Shown here: positions 47,541-57,898 of the stretch, piece after piece
Layout: every line of letters begins with the position of its first letter
Numbering within the stretch: the first letter of the stretch is position 1
Source: a virus
Direction: 5' to 3' (one strand)
Virus record (IMG/VR): IMGVR_UViG_3300031669_000002
Coordinates: 32,001-96,000 of that record
Length of the DNA: 64,000 bases
The notes under the pieces: model-generated
Told to the model about the DNA's origin: nothing
The model's database searches: none
The model's input: only the letters and a program-made list of their open reading frames with translations
Position numbers and translations under genes: made by a program

Positions 47541-47659
47541 TATCTTATTTATCCGAGAAACGTATATTCAGATAATTAACAACTCTGGCCATATTGGCTC
47601 CTTATAATGTAAGCACATAATAACATTAATAAATACATAATATCAAGGGGTTATAAAAA

Positions 47660-48505
47660 ATGTCTAGCTTATTAGGTCTCACTGGTTTAACGACTATTGC
47701 CACTAGCGGAGTAAATAGTATCAATTCGGTAGGTCAATCGCTTGCCAATACACTCGATCCAAGCAACATAAGAAAAATGGCTGCTGGATTAGGCATAATG
47801 AGTGCCCAAGGACCGTCAAATAACCCTGCCGCAAAATGGGTCGATACTGGAGTAAGTGGTTCGTCTGCCGAAAACACAGACTGGAGAATAAAGGTATCGC
47901 TTGCTAAATCAGCTGACATCTTTTATTTAGCGACGGCAACCGGCGATGATCCTGGAATTTTATCACCCCTCAATGCAACAGGCGGAGTTGTGTTTCCTAT
48001 TACGCCTACATTGCAGATTACGAATACTGCGAGATATACTTCTTCACCTCTTACCCATAGCAATTACGCAATGCAGTTTTATGAAGGAAGTGAGGCAGGT
48101 TCAATTATGTTAAACGGGGAATTCCCAATCCAAACTATTGCAGAGGGACAATATCTACTAGCAGCCATTTATTTTTTTAGAGCATCTACAAAAATGTTTT
48201 GGGGAAATGAAGGTTTGGCTGGATCTCCTCCGCCAATGGTATTTTTAAGTGGGTACGGAGATTACTACTTCCCTAATGTTCCGTGCGTAGTAACAAACTT
48301 TATGCACACGATGCCAGAAAACGTAGATTATATTGATATACCAGTAAAGAGCAACAGCAATATGAAACTTGCTGGTTCGACTAGATTGCCACTGCAAAGT
48401 ACATTGCAGGTAACATTGCAACCAATATACAGTAGAACAAGTTTGACCAAATTTAAACTGACAGATTTTGCAGCAGGAAAAATGATCGGTGGAGGATTCA
48501 TGTAA
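47660..48505 (+). CDS. baseplate/tail-tube initiator-like protein
   Basis: GVVFPITPTL..THSNY....Y..S...I...G.F..Q...GSPPP..FLSGYG.Y.FPNVPCVV..F; first gene of the baseplate operon. Confidence 0.6.
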   Translation: MSSLLGLTGLTTIATSGVNSINSVGQSLANTLDPSNIRKMAAGLGIMSAQGPSNNPAAKWVDTGVSGSSAENTDWRIKVSLAKSADIFYLATATGDDPGILSPLNATGGVVFPITPTLQITNTARYTSSPLTHSNYAMQFYEGSEAGSIMLNGEFPIQTIAEGQYLLAAIYFFRASTKMFWGNEGLAGSPPPMVFLSGYGDYYFPNVPCVVTNFMHTMPENVDYIDIPVKSNSNMKLAGSTRLPLQSTLQVTLQPIYSRTSLTKFKLTDFAAGKMIGGGFM

Positions 48506-48807
48506 TGACAGCAGTTTATTCAAAATCAAGTCCATACTCTAGTACAGGTCTTTATGGTCAATTCTTAGACATAATGACCAATCGTCCAATAAGTAAGTTA
48601 CCTAGCGACAAGCTATACACTATAGATAGAGTATATAATCTTCGTCCAGATCTACTTGCCTATGATCTATATAAGAATGCCGCACTGTGGTGGGTCTTTG
48701 CACAGAGAAATCCAAATGTACTTAAAGATCCGTTGTTTGATTTTGCAGTAGGTACGTCGATCTATCTGCCAACGATGGCAACATTAATATCTGACTTAGG
48801 ATTATAA
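48505..48807 (+). CDS. 53: baseplate wedge protein (gp53/LysM-like)
   Basis: YNLRPDLLAYDLYKNAALWWVFAQRN...DPLFDF..G..IYLP. Confidence 0.75.
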   Translation: MTAVYSKSSPYSSTGLYGQFLDIMTNRPISKLPSDKLYTIDRVYNLRPDLLAYDLYKNAALWWVFAQRNPNVLKDPLFDFAVGTSIYLPTMATLISDLGL

Positions 48808-51419
48808 TGTCAACGATTAGTCAGATAGATACTCTTAACCGTCAGATAACTGCATCGATGCAAATACAACAGCAATCAACTGTTGTACTTAACAGCTTAC
48901 CTCTAGGGTCATCTGAAAGAGACGCACAGCAAATCATAGTAGATAAAAATACAGCTGACTTACAGTCTTTGTTAGATTTTAGAAAAAGTTTAACAGGCGT
49001 TGGTTATCAAGTAAAACCAAGTGAGGCAAATGCAGGCCAGCCTAGTATTCCTACAAATAACCAATCTATTGGCATACAGAAAATAGTTCCTATTGGAGAA
49101 TCAGCATATCCTAATGTATTACATGACTATGCATCGTATTCTTATAATATAAGTTTGCACACTATATCGATTGAAAAGTATAATAGCTTTTCTGCTCATC
49201 CGAAGACAGGGTACACGCCAGATGCAAACAGTGTTTTAATTGCATCTGCCGGAAGATGGGATAATACAGATAGACGAAACAATCACTTTAAAGATGCTGA
49301 CTTTTTCTTCGATAAAATGACGTTTGAAACCGTTATAGGTAGCACAGAGTATGCACAGAATTCAAATGTTTTAGCAATTGATTTTACTATAATTGAACCA
49401 TACGGAATGACATTAGCAAATAGATTACTTGATCTAGCCTCAGATTACAGTAAAGTCAAAGACAACAAAAGTATTCAAGACAATGTTTTTCAATTGCCGT
49501 ATCTACTTCAGATTGATTTTTTCGGAGTAGGAAACGACGGAATATCAAAGCAAATAGAGAATGTCTCAAAATATATTCCTATTCAAATCATTAGCGCAAA
49601 ATTTAAGGTTTCACTTAGCGGTTCACAGTGGGATTTTACGGCAGTTCCATATAATCACCAGGCATTCACTGATACAGTTGGTTCTACGCCAATGAAGTGT
49701 CAAGTATATGCAAATAGTATTAAAGACTTCTTTGCTGCGGTACCGACAGGCACAGCTTCAGTGGCAGCTTTTAGTCAAAACGCAGTAAATGCAGCATCTA
49801 CTATATTTAACCAAAAAGAAGTTGACCAGAGTGCTGCCCGCATCAAACTACACAAAGATCTTGCTTCGCATTATAGAACTGCACCAGAAGATCAAGTACA
49901 GGAAAAGGTTGCAATAAATCAAATAAGCACGTTAGTTAAACAAAGTAGTTACCCTACCGCAGTTAATCTCTGGCATCAAGTAAACCAAAAAATTGGTGCA
50001 TGTAAAATTGCCGATGAGTTTGCATTTACAATTGACCCGCTAATAATTAATGCACAGTTTCAGCCCAAAGAGTTGGTGTCAATTACTAGTCTGGCAATGT
50101 TGAAGGGCAACACAGATCAAGCAAACCTATTTGCTCAGTCGGGACAAGTAACTAATATGGATGATAGCAATCACCCGGTTGTTGTAACAACTATTAATCA
50201 AGGAACATCAATACTCAATGTGATTAATACTGCTATGCTTAATACTGACTACGTTCATAGTCAGATAATTGATCCAACACACGATACCAATATCACAGTA
50301 GAAAAAATGAAATCGTTTTTAGAAAAACCTCTTAACTGGTATCACATTGTTCCAAGTGTTAAGATTTTGGGATATGATACTATTAACAATCGATATGCTA
50401 AAAAAATTACATATAATATACAGCACAAGATATTATACCAAGATAAAGATAAGAATAGCTATCAGGGTCAACCTGCGGTGATTGCTAAAGATTATGAATA
50501 TATCTTTACCGGAAAAAATAACGATATACTTAACTTTGATTTAGATTTTAACTCGCAATTTTTTATAGTCAATGTCGCAAACCCATCTAATGCAGATGTT
50601 AATTCAGCCGCCCCTGCATCTGCTGCGACGCCGTCGCAGCAGTTGCTAAATCAGGATGCTAATAAGGTATTAACATCTGCACAAGTAGCATCTATTTTAA
50701 ATGATGTTCGCGCAAACGGCAGATCAGAACTAAAGCCTAAGGTTCACCTAGTAGCTGCTATCCCCACAACCTCAGCAACTCGAGGAGGAAAAGCAGAAAT
50801 GGTTAAACAGCTAGAAAGAAATATTTTATCTACTGTAGCAGGAGATCTTCTTAGTGTAACTCTAAAAATTATAGGAGATCCAGATTTTATTAAGCAGGAT
50901 GATATATTTTTTACTTTACAAGATATGAAATCTCAAACTAGAGTAGATGTAAACGGAACAAAATTTACAGACAACAGAAAAACACCAAACGGAAGTATAG
51001 CAACCGATCTCGAAGATTTATTTGTTAGACTAACATTTAAAACTGCGTCTGACTATGATATAAACGGGTTGGCAATACCAAAAGATTCTACTACGAACAA
51101 GTATGCATCTAGCATGTTTTCTGGACTATATAAGATAACAAAAGTTAATAACTATTTTACAAATGGAAGATTTGAACAAGAGTTACACTTATATCATTAT
51201 AATTTACAACCTACACCTGGAGTAAGTACGGGTGCAGATCAAACACAATCATCAAATAGAGAATCTTCAGTAAAGAAAATATCAAACGGTGCAATAATTG
51301 GAGCACCGGCATCTAAGTTGCCAGCAACAGATACTATTAATTCTAATTTTTCAATTACTGGAAGAGGCGGAGTAGTAGCTATCCCAGCATCAACTACTAC
51401 TAATATAACTAAACTTTAA
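48807..51419 (+). CDS. baseplate hub protein (gp27 / late control D-like)
   Basis: PNVLHDYASYSYNISL; IIEPYGMTL; KDYEYIFTGKNNDILNFD; LKIIGDPDFI; GLYKI..V.NYF..G.FEQEL. Confidence 0.65.
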   Translation: MSTISQIDTLNRQITASMQIQQQSTVVLNSLPLGSSERDAQQIIVDKNTADLQSLLDFRKSLTGVGYQVKPSEANAGQPSIPTNNQSIGIQKIVPIGESAYPNVLHDYASYSYNISLHTISIEKYNSFSAHPKTGYTPDANSVLIASAGRWDNTDRRNNHFKDADFFFDKMTFETVIGSTEYAQNSNVLAIDFTIIEPYGMTLANRLLDLASDYSKVKDNKSIQDNVFQLPYLLQIDFFGVGNDGISKQIENVSKYIPIQIISAKFKVSLSGSQWDFTAVPYNHQAFTDTVGSTPMKCQVYANSIKDFFAAVPTGTASVAAFSQNAVNAASTIFNQKEVDQSAARIKLHKDLASHYRTAPEDQVQEKVAINQISTLVKQSSYPTAVNLWHQVNQKIGACKIADEFAFTIDPLIINAQFQPKELVSITSLAMLKGNTDQANLFAQSGQVTNMDDSNHPVVVTTINQGTSILNVINTAMLNTDYVHSQIIDPTHDTNITVEKMKSFLEKPLNWYHIVPSVKILGYDTINNRYAKKITYNIQHKILYQDKDKNSYQGQPAVIAKDYEYIFTGKNNDILNFDLDFNSQFFIVNVANPSNADVNSAAPASAATPSQQLLNQDANKVLTSAQVASILNDVRANGRSELKPKVHLVAAIPTTSATRGGKAEMVKQLERNILSTVAGDLLSVTLKIIGDPDFIKQDDIFFTLQDMKSQTRVDVNGTKFTDNRKTPNGSIATDLEDLFVRLTFKTASDYDINGLAIPKDSTTNKYASSMFSGLYKITKVNNYFTNGRFEQELHLYHYNLQPTPGVSTGADQTQSSNRESSVKKISNGAIIGAPASKLPATDTINSNFSITGRGGVVAIPASTTTNITKL

Positions 51420-51429
51420 AGGCGATAGA

Positions 51430-53553
51430 ATGTCAATAGATAAGCGAGCAGGAACAAAGATACCATCCTTTGCTGACAAAGATAGAGTTGCAGGATATAA
51501 GAGAGACGTCGGTCCCTATATTGGTATAGTCAAAAGTAACGCAGACTCTACTAGAGCAGGTAGACTACAAGTTTTTATTCCAAATTTTGGCGGAGTAGAG
51601 ACTGATTCGTCACATTGGATTACTGTTGGATACGCCAACCCATATATGGGAGCAGCAAGATCACCATCAGTGACGACTATCAGATCACCAGACAATAGTT
51701 ACGAGACAGTTAATCATTCATATGGAATGTGGTTCACACCGCCTGATATCGGCAATCAAGTACTGGTTATCTTTATTGACGGGGACACAAATCACGGATA
51801 CTGGTTTGCGTGTATCATGCCAGACCTAAGTCACTGGGCGATACCAGGACAAGCAGGAGCTGATAATTTAGAAACACCATTAGATTCTAGTTTAGCACAG
51901 GCACTTACAAACCCGCCATATCCGTCTGTAGAGTTTAACGAAACAAACGAAACACTTCAACAAAAATGGGCAAACTTCCTGCAGATCAATAAAGTTATTC
52001 ACGAGGACCAAGTCAAGGTATTGCTTAATCAAGGACTCGAGGACGATAAAATTCGAGGTGTTGTAACAAGTAGTTCTCAAAGAGAAAGTCCAAGCAAAGT
52101 ATTTGGAATTAGCACGCCCGGAGAAGATGGCCCAAAAACAGATCAAACAACCGGGCAAGTAACTACTCGAAAAGGCGGCCACACGTTTGTTATGGATGAC
52201 GGTAACCACGCAGTTGCTGGTGCAGATTCTCTTATCAGATTACGCACAGCAGGTGGACATCAAATCTTAATGAACGACCAGCAAGATGTGATTTATATTG
52301 GAACATCAAGTGGCTCTAATTGGATGGAATTTGATAAAGAAGGAAAAATGTATGTATATTCTAAATCAGATATATCTCTAAGAACAGAGGGTAGCTTCAA
52401 TCTTCACGCAGACAAAGATATTAATATGAATGCAGGTGGAAATATTAGTATGTGGGCAAAGAATACTATCAAAGAGCAAGCATCAACGATTAATATCAAA
52501 GCAACGGCAGATTTAGGGATGTATGGACAAAAAGTGGGTCTTGGATCAGGTAGTACATTAAATATGTCAGCAGCAACCGACGGCGGATTCTTAGCAGGCG
52601 GTAACTTAACCTTCTTCGGAAATATGCTTTATCTAAATACTAGTAAGCCGCCAACTGTTGCTGCACCAGCAAATATTCCGGTCGTGTCGCACCCAGATGC
52701 AACAACTAAATCATTTGGCCCATACGCGAAATGGGGAGCAACAGGAAAAGTATCTACTACAATACCAACACCTATTCCGACGCACGAACCATTTACTCCT
52801 TCTGGAAGGCCACGAGGAACGTCGACCGGAGCAATATCAAAAACACCAAGATCATCGCGACCTATTGCACCAACTCCTGTACCAATAGTTTCCCCGACAA
52901 CAGGCGTTCCTGGCGGGCAACCTGGACCCATTAATGCAGTAACAGCAGGACTAGATTCAGCACGAGTTCTAAAGCCATCAAATCCTGGACTAAAAACACA
53001 ACCTCCAGAAACTTCGGGGCTAGGTACACTGTCAGCGGCACAATTGACTGCACTTAAGGCACAGATTGCGAAATCAGAGTCTAACTTTAACTATCAAGCC
53101 GTAAATAGCATCTATTATATGGGTAAGTACCAATTTGGATACGAGGCGCTGATTACATTTGGATATGCTAAACCAAATACCACATCCAACTACCAACTTG
53201 CATCAGACGGAAACGGCGTGTATTGGACCGGAAAAGACGGTATAACTAGCGCAGCACTTTGGCTAACCTCACCCGACATACAAGAAAGCGCAATGAATGA
53301 TCTATTACAGCAAAATTATACCTACCTATCATCTCACAGGGACTTAAACGGCAACCCCGTAATAGATGCTAGTTCATCGCCAGCTGATGTAGCCGGCAAA
53401 TTAGCAATCTGTCACCTTCTAGGTGGACACGCCTGCGTTAAATGGACAGACGGTCAGAATTCGGGAGAAGATGCGTACGGTACAACAGGAACAACGTATT
53501 ATAATTTAGGTGTTTATGCAATCGACGTAATTGCACCGACCTTAACAGCATAA
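51430..53553 (+). CDS. 5: baseplate spike / tail lysozyme (gp5-like)
   Basis: OB-fold GRLQVFIP..SYGMWF.PPDIG..VLV.F; GHTFVMDDG..IRLRTAGGHQILMND; C-terminal lysozyme-like KSESNFNY....GKYQFG. Confidence 0.8.
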   Translation: MSIDKRAGTKIPSFADKDRVAGYKRDVGPYIGIVKSNADSTRAGRLQVFIPNFGGVETDSSHWITVGYANPYMGAARSPSVTTIRSPDNSYETVNHSYGMWFTPPDIGNQVLVIFIDGDTNHGYWFACIMPDLSHWAIPGQAGADNLETPLDSSLAQALTNPPYPSVEFNETNETLQQKWANFLQINKVIHEDQVKVLLNQGLEDDKIRGVVTSSSQRESPSKVFGISTPGEDGPKTDQTTGQVTTRKGGHTFVMDDGNHAVAGADSLIRLRTAGGHQILMNDQQDVIYIGTSSGSNWMEFDKEGKMYVYSKSDISLRTEGSFNLHADKDINMNAGGNISMWAKNTIKEQASTINIKATADLGMYGQKVGLGSGSTLNMSAATDGGFLAGGNLTFFGNMLYLNTSKPPTVAAPANIPVVSHPDATTKSFGPYAKWGATGKVSTTIPTPIPTHEPFTPSGRPRGTSTGAISKTPRSSRPIAPTPVPIVSPTTGVPGGQPGPINAVTAGLDSARVLKPSNPGLKTQPPETSGLGTLSAAQLTALKAQIAKSESNFNYQAVNSIYYMGKYQFGYEALITFGYAKPNTTSNYQLASDGNGVYWTGKDGITSAALWLTSPDIQESAMNDLLQQNYTYLSSHRDLNGNPVIDASSSPADVAGKLAICHLLGGHACVKWTDGQNSGEDAYGTTGTTYYNLGVYAIDVIAPTLTA

Positions 53554-53561
53554 ATATAGAT

Positions 53562-53789
53562 ATGACTACATACACCTTTCAATCAACATATGATGATAAA
53601 GTTAAAATGTCAGATATTTGGGAAATAACTTCTTTAACTGGGCAAGTTGTTCAAACCAATGATCTGAAACAATTCTGTAATTTAAATCAGTTATCTCTTA
53701 AAATGATGTATAGAATTTCTAATACAGTTAGAATTCATAGAGGTTTTACCTGCGAGAATTTAACTAAAAAACGAAGAGAAAAAGAGTGA
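53562..53789 (+). CDS. small ORF resembling an endonuclease DNA-binding module remnant
   Basis: TNDLKQFCNLNQL...M......HRGFTC resembles C-terminal modules of phage homing endonucleases; ATG 5 nt after TAAATA. Confidence 0.4.
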   Translation: MTTYTFQSTYDDKVKMSDIWEITSLTGQVVQTNDLKQFCNLNQLSLKMMYRISNTVRIHRGFTCENLTKKRREKE

Positions 53790-54148
53790 GTACATACTAC
53801 GGTTTTTCAACAATAGGGAAGAAGAAGAAATTTGCAGTCAATGACTTTGACTTGGTAAAGACAGACCTATACAACTATTTGAATACTCGTAAAGGCGAAC
53901 GAGTAATGAACCCAGATTTTGGAACAATCATCTGGGGACTATTATTTGAACCACTGACACCAGAAGTAAAAAATGCAATGATGGAAGACATTACCTCAAT
54001 TGTTTCCTATGACCCTAGAATCGTAACCAACCAAATTACGCTCTCAGAATACGAACACGGCATACAGATTATGATAGAACTAACCTACGTAGAAACAAAT
54101 CAAACCGATACACTTAAACTCACCTTCGACAAAAACGCTTCCAAATAG
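53786..54148 (+). CDS. 25: baseplate wedge subunit (gp25-like)
   Basis: DLVKTDLYNYLNTRKGERVMNPDFGTIIWGLLFEP...YDPRI. Confidence 0.9.
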   Translation: MSTYYGFSTIGKKKKFAVNDFDLVKTDLYNYLNTRKGERVMNPDFGTIIWGLLFEPLTPEVKNAMMEDITSIVSYDPRIVTNQITLSEYEHGIQIMIELTYVETNQTDTLKLTFDKNASK

Positions 54149-54204
54149 CATTAAATTAACTGTTAATTTCTAACATAAATACATAATATCAAGGATTACA
54201 TATT

Positions 54205-57200
54205 ATGCCAACAACCGGTCGTCAGAATTCTCTATTAGTTAACCAAGATTGGACGAGAATATACACAACGTTTAAAAATGCAGATTTCACGTCGTACGAT
54301 TTCGAAACATTACGAAAGACAATGATTGATTACTTGCGTCTTTACTATCCAGAAGACTTTAACGACTACGTAGAATCAAGTGAATTTATTGCGCTAATCG
54401 ATCTTATTGCCTTTATGGGGCAGAGCCTGGCTTTCCGCACAGACATAAATGCCAGAGAAAACTTCTTAGATACAGCTGAACGCAGGGATAGCATTCTAAA
54501 GTTAGCTCGCCTTATTAGCTATAATCCAAAACGAAACATTCAGTCATCTGGGCTTCTTAAATTTACGTCCGTTTCAACTACAGAGACGTTGACAGACTCA
54601 AACGGTCTTAACTTGGCAAATACTCCAATTTCCTGGAATGATGTTACTAATTACAACTGGCAAGAGCAATTCAACGTCGTACTTAATGCAGCATTTATTG
54701 ACAGTCAAGTTGTAGGGAAACCGGGCAACACTCAAACAATTAACGGTATTGAGAATAGCGAATATTCGATTAATACTACTGCAAGTCAGATTCCTGCCTT
54801 CCCATTCTCAGCTACAGTACAAAATTCTACAATGAATTTTGAGGCAGTTAGTGCGACAAGTACAAATCAACCTTATATCTATGAAGTTGCTCCGGCGCCT
54901 GTTAGTAGATTTAATGTTTTATATCGAAACGATAATCAAGGTAATGGAAGTATCAACACTGGATTCTTTTTATATTTCAAGCAAGGATCATTGCAAAGCT
55001 CGGATTTTAGTATAACAGATGCAATCCCAAATAGAGTACTAAGCGTAGGATACAATAACATTAATAACTCAGACGTGTGGTTGTATGATCTAAATACAAG
55101 TCTCATTGAGCACAATCTTTGGACATCGGTGCCGGCAGTGGCAGGTATCAATGTCATCTATAACCAGCAATCAGATAGAAATCTATATCAAGTTACTACG
55201 ACTGCGGGCGACCAAATCAATTTGGTATTTGGAGACGGATCATTTGCAAACGTGCCGCAAGGAAACTATAGATTATATTTTAGAACTAGTAATGGTCAGA
55301 CATATAAGATCACGCCCGATGAAATTCAGAATACATCAATTGCTATAAATTATGTTTCACGTGCAGGAAATGTTGAGACATTAACAATTCGCGCATCGTT
55401 GAACTATACAGTAACAAATGCTACAGTCGCCGAGTCAATAGATGACATTCGTCAAAAAGCTCCGCAGCAATATTACACACAGAATAGAATGATTACGGGT
55501 GAAGATTATAATATCTTCCCTTATACTTCATTTTCGGACATTTTAAAAGTTAAAGCATTAAACAGAACAAGTAGCGGAGTTAGTAGATACATTGACGTTA
55601 GTGATACAAGCGGAAAGTATTCTAGTACAAATATATTTGCCCAAGATGGATATCTTTACAGTAACAATACCCAATCTACCTTAAACATTACATTTAAGAG
55701 CACTTCTAATATTCAACAATTAGTGCAAGATGATCTAACTACAATCCTAAATTCAAAAGAAATGGAACACTTTTACTTTGACAGTGTTCAGCGCATCGGA
55801 ATGATAGAATCATCCCCATATAACCTAACAAATGTAGCCTGGCATTTAAGTTCACTGATGACAAATAGTGCTACGGGATATTTTACGTCATCTAACGGCA
55901 ATCAAATTATACAGGTTGGGTCGGCTCCTGGCGGCCCTGGCGGCAACACAAAATACATTGATAATGGCGCATTGCTTAAATTTTCTGCAGCGATAGATCC
56001 TACTACAGCATATTTTAATGCACAAAACCAAATAGTTCAAGGAACACCTTCTAATCCGGGCGATCAACAATTCTTGTATGCAACTGTAATGCAAGTTATT
56101 GGATATGGTACGAACGGAGGAGTAGGAAATTTTGCTGACGGCACAGGTCCTGTAATATTAAGTCAGAATATTCCATCTGCAGCACAGCTATACGAAGTCA
56201 TCCCAGTATTCAATAATAGTCTAACGTCTCAGAATATGTCAGACATAACAAATAAGATCCTAGTTAACAATAGTTTTGGTTTACGTTATGATCCACTTGT
56301 ACTAACTTGGTCAATCGTGCTTGATGCAAACACTGATTATACATCATCGTTTTCGTATGCACACGCAGGAGATAACTCTAGTGGGCACTTAGACGCTAGT
56401 TGGCTAGTACGATTCCAATATAACATAGATGGAAGTTATACTATAATATGGAGAAGTCTATTTTATGTTTTTGGTAGCCAGCTAGAAACTACTTTCTACT
56501 TTGATCCAAAGGTTAAGGTATTTGATAGCTCGACTGGTTTGACCATAAGAGACGTTATTAAAGTCTTAAAAGTTAATCCTCAGCCAGTGCCAAATTCTCG
56601 TTATTCACTTGGTCTTGATTATTCGTGGAACGTATATTCTAACATTGTGGGAATTGACGGATTCCAAGATCAGCATAACGTATTGGTTACTTTCACCGAC
56701 ACGAATGCCGACGGTGTGCCAGACAACCCAGACATCTTTCGCGAACTAGTAAACCAAACGTATGTTCCGTCAACTAATGGCACATACCCCTATATATTTC
56801 TGCAACAAGATACAACATACGGCGGATTTATTTCGTATCTTCCAATAACGGCAAGCTCTATAGTAACTATCTATGGACTTAAGGTAGACATCATACCTAA
56901 CTTACAGCTTTATAACAATGGGCAGGTTTTCTTTGCAACAGATCCAAGAGATCTTGGATTTTATCAATTGGCAATAACAAACGGAAAGTATAACTTGATT
57001 CAAGTGTATAACTATTTGGTACAGTACGGTAGACAGGATTTATATTTTCAATACCGCCACAACAGCCCAAATTATCGTCGTATAGATCCAAGCCCAAATA
57101 ACATCATTGATCTTTATTTGCTTACCAATGCATACGCGCTTGATTATACAAAATGGATTCAGGACTCAACGAATACTGTGGTTGAGCCAACTCCTCCAAC

Positions 57201-57693
57201 TACAGATGAGCTGAGCTTGAGCTACGGCACCTTAAATAATTCAAAAGCAATCAGTGACACTATTATTTTTAATAGTGCAGTCTTCAAGCCATTGTTTGGA
57301 AATAAGGCAAATCCTGCATTACAGGCAACCTTTAAGGTAGTTAAGAACGCGGCATTAAATATCAGTGATAACGATATCAAAACGAGCGTTATTTCTGCAA
57401 TAAACACATATTTTGCAATCAATAACTGGGATTTTGGAGAGGCATTTTATTTCAGTGAGTTGAGCGCATACTTGCATACAGCACTTTCTCCAAACGTATC
57501 GTCGATAATAATCGTGCCAACGAATCCTAATGCAATGTTTGGTAGCCTGTATCAAGTAAATGCAGAAGCCAATGAGATTATGGCTAGTGCAGCAACAGTA
57601 AATAATGTAGAGATTATTTCTGCTATTACTGCTTCTCAAATCAATGCTAACTTGGCAAGCGCCAACAGCATTGTTCTTGGAACAGTGATTTAA
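54205..57693 (+). CDS. 6: baseplate wedge subunit (gp6-like)
   Basis: DFTSYDFETLR; RENFLDTAERRDSILKLARLISYNPKR; ESIDDIRQKAPQQYYTQNRMITGEDY. Confidence 0.9.
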   Translation: MPTTGRQNSLLVNQDWTRIYTTFKNADFTSYDFETLRKTMIDYLRLYYPEDFNDYVESSEFIALIDLIAFMGQSLAFRTDINARENFLDTAERRDSILKLARLISYNPKRNIQSSGLLKFTSVSTTETLTDSNGLNLANTPISWNDVTNYNWQEQFNVVLNAAFIDSQVVGKPGNTQTINGIENSEYSINTTASQIPAFPFSATVQNSTMNFEAVSATSTNQPYIYEVAPAPVSRFNVLYRNDNQGNGSINTGFFLYFKQGSLQSSDFSITDAIPNRVLSVGYNNINNSDVWLYDLNTSLIEHNLWTSVPAVAGINVIYNQQSDRNLYQVTTTAGDQINLVFGDGSFANVPQGNYRLYFRTSNGQTYKITPDEIQNTSIAINYVSRAGNVETLTIRASLNYTVTNATVAESIDDIRQKAPQQYYTQNRMITGEDYNIFPYTSFSDILKVKALNRTSSGVSRYIDVSDTSGKYSSTNIFAQDGYLYSNNTQSTLNITFKSTSNIQQLVQDDLTTILNSKEMEHFYFDSVQRIGMIESSPYNLTNVAWHLSSLMTNSATGYFTSSNGNQIIQVGSAPGGPGGNTKYIDNGALLKFSAAIDPTTAYFNAQNQIVQGTPSNPGDQQFLYATVMQVIGYGTNGGVGNFADGTGPVILSQNIPSAAQLYEVIPVFNNSLTSQNMSDITNKILVNNSFGLRYDPLVLTWSIVLDANTDYTSSFSYAHAGDNSSGHLDASWLVRFQYNIDGSYTIIWRSLFYVFGSQLETTFYFDPKVKVFDSSTGLTIRDVIKVLKVNPQPVPNSRYSLGLDYSWNVYSNIVGIDGFQDQHNVLVTFTDTNADGVPDNPDIFRELVNQTYVPSTNGTYPYIFLQQDTTYGGFISYLPITASSIVTIYGLKVDIIPNLQLYNNGQVFFATDPRDLGFYQLAITNGKYNLIQVYNYLVQYGRQDLYFQYRHNSPNYRRIDPSPNNIIDLYLLTNAYALDYTKWIQDSTNTVVEPTPPTTDELSLSYGTLNNSKAISDTIIFNSAVFKPLFGNKANPALQATFKVVKNAALNISDNDIKTSVISAINTYFAINNWDFGEAFYFSELSAYLHTALSPNVSSIIIVPTNPNAMFGSLYQVNAEANEIMASAATVNNVEIISAITASQINANLASANSIVLGTVI

Positions 57694-57897
57694 TTAAGAT
57701 TTAATCTTGAGCGGCCCGGTAGGAAAAGTGTTAGGTTCACGTTCAGCGCGGTCAACCCACTTGCGCCTCGGTGTAGACTTCGCTACTTTATGACCTGACT
57801 CAAATCCTTCAGCAAAATAGCTCTTGAGAATATGATAAAGCGGATATGACTCGGTCATATTTGGGTATGTTTTTTTGAATGCATCGTCTACTGTCAT
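57694..57897 (-). CDS. hypothetical early protein
   Basis: MTVDDAFKKTYP.. starts 1 nt after the stop of 57899..58255; in frame with track ORF 57694..58095. Confidence 0.5.
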   Translation of the reverse strand: MTVDDAFKKTYPNMTESYPLYHILKSYFAEGFESGHKVAKSTPRRKWVDRAEREPNTFPTGPLKIKS

Positions 57898-57898
57898 A

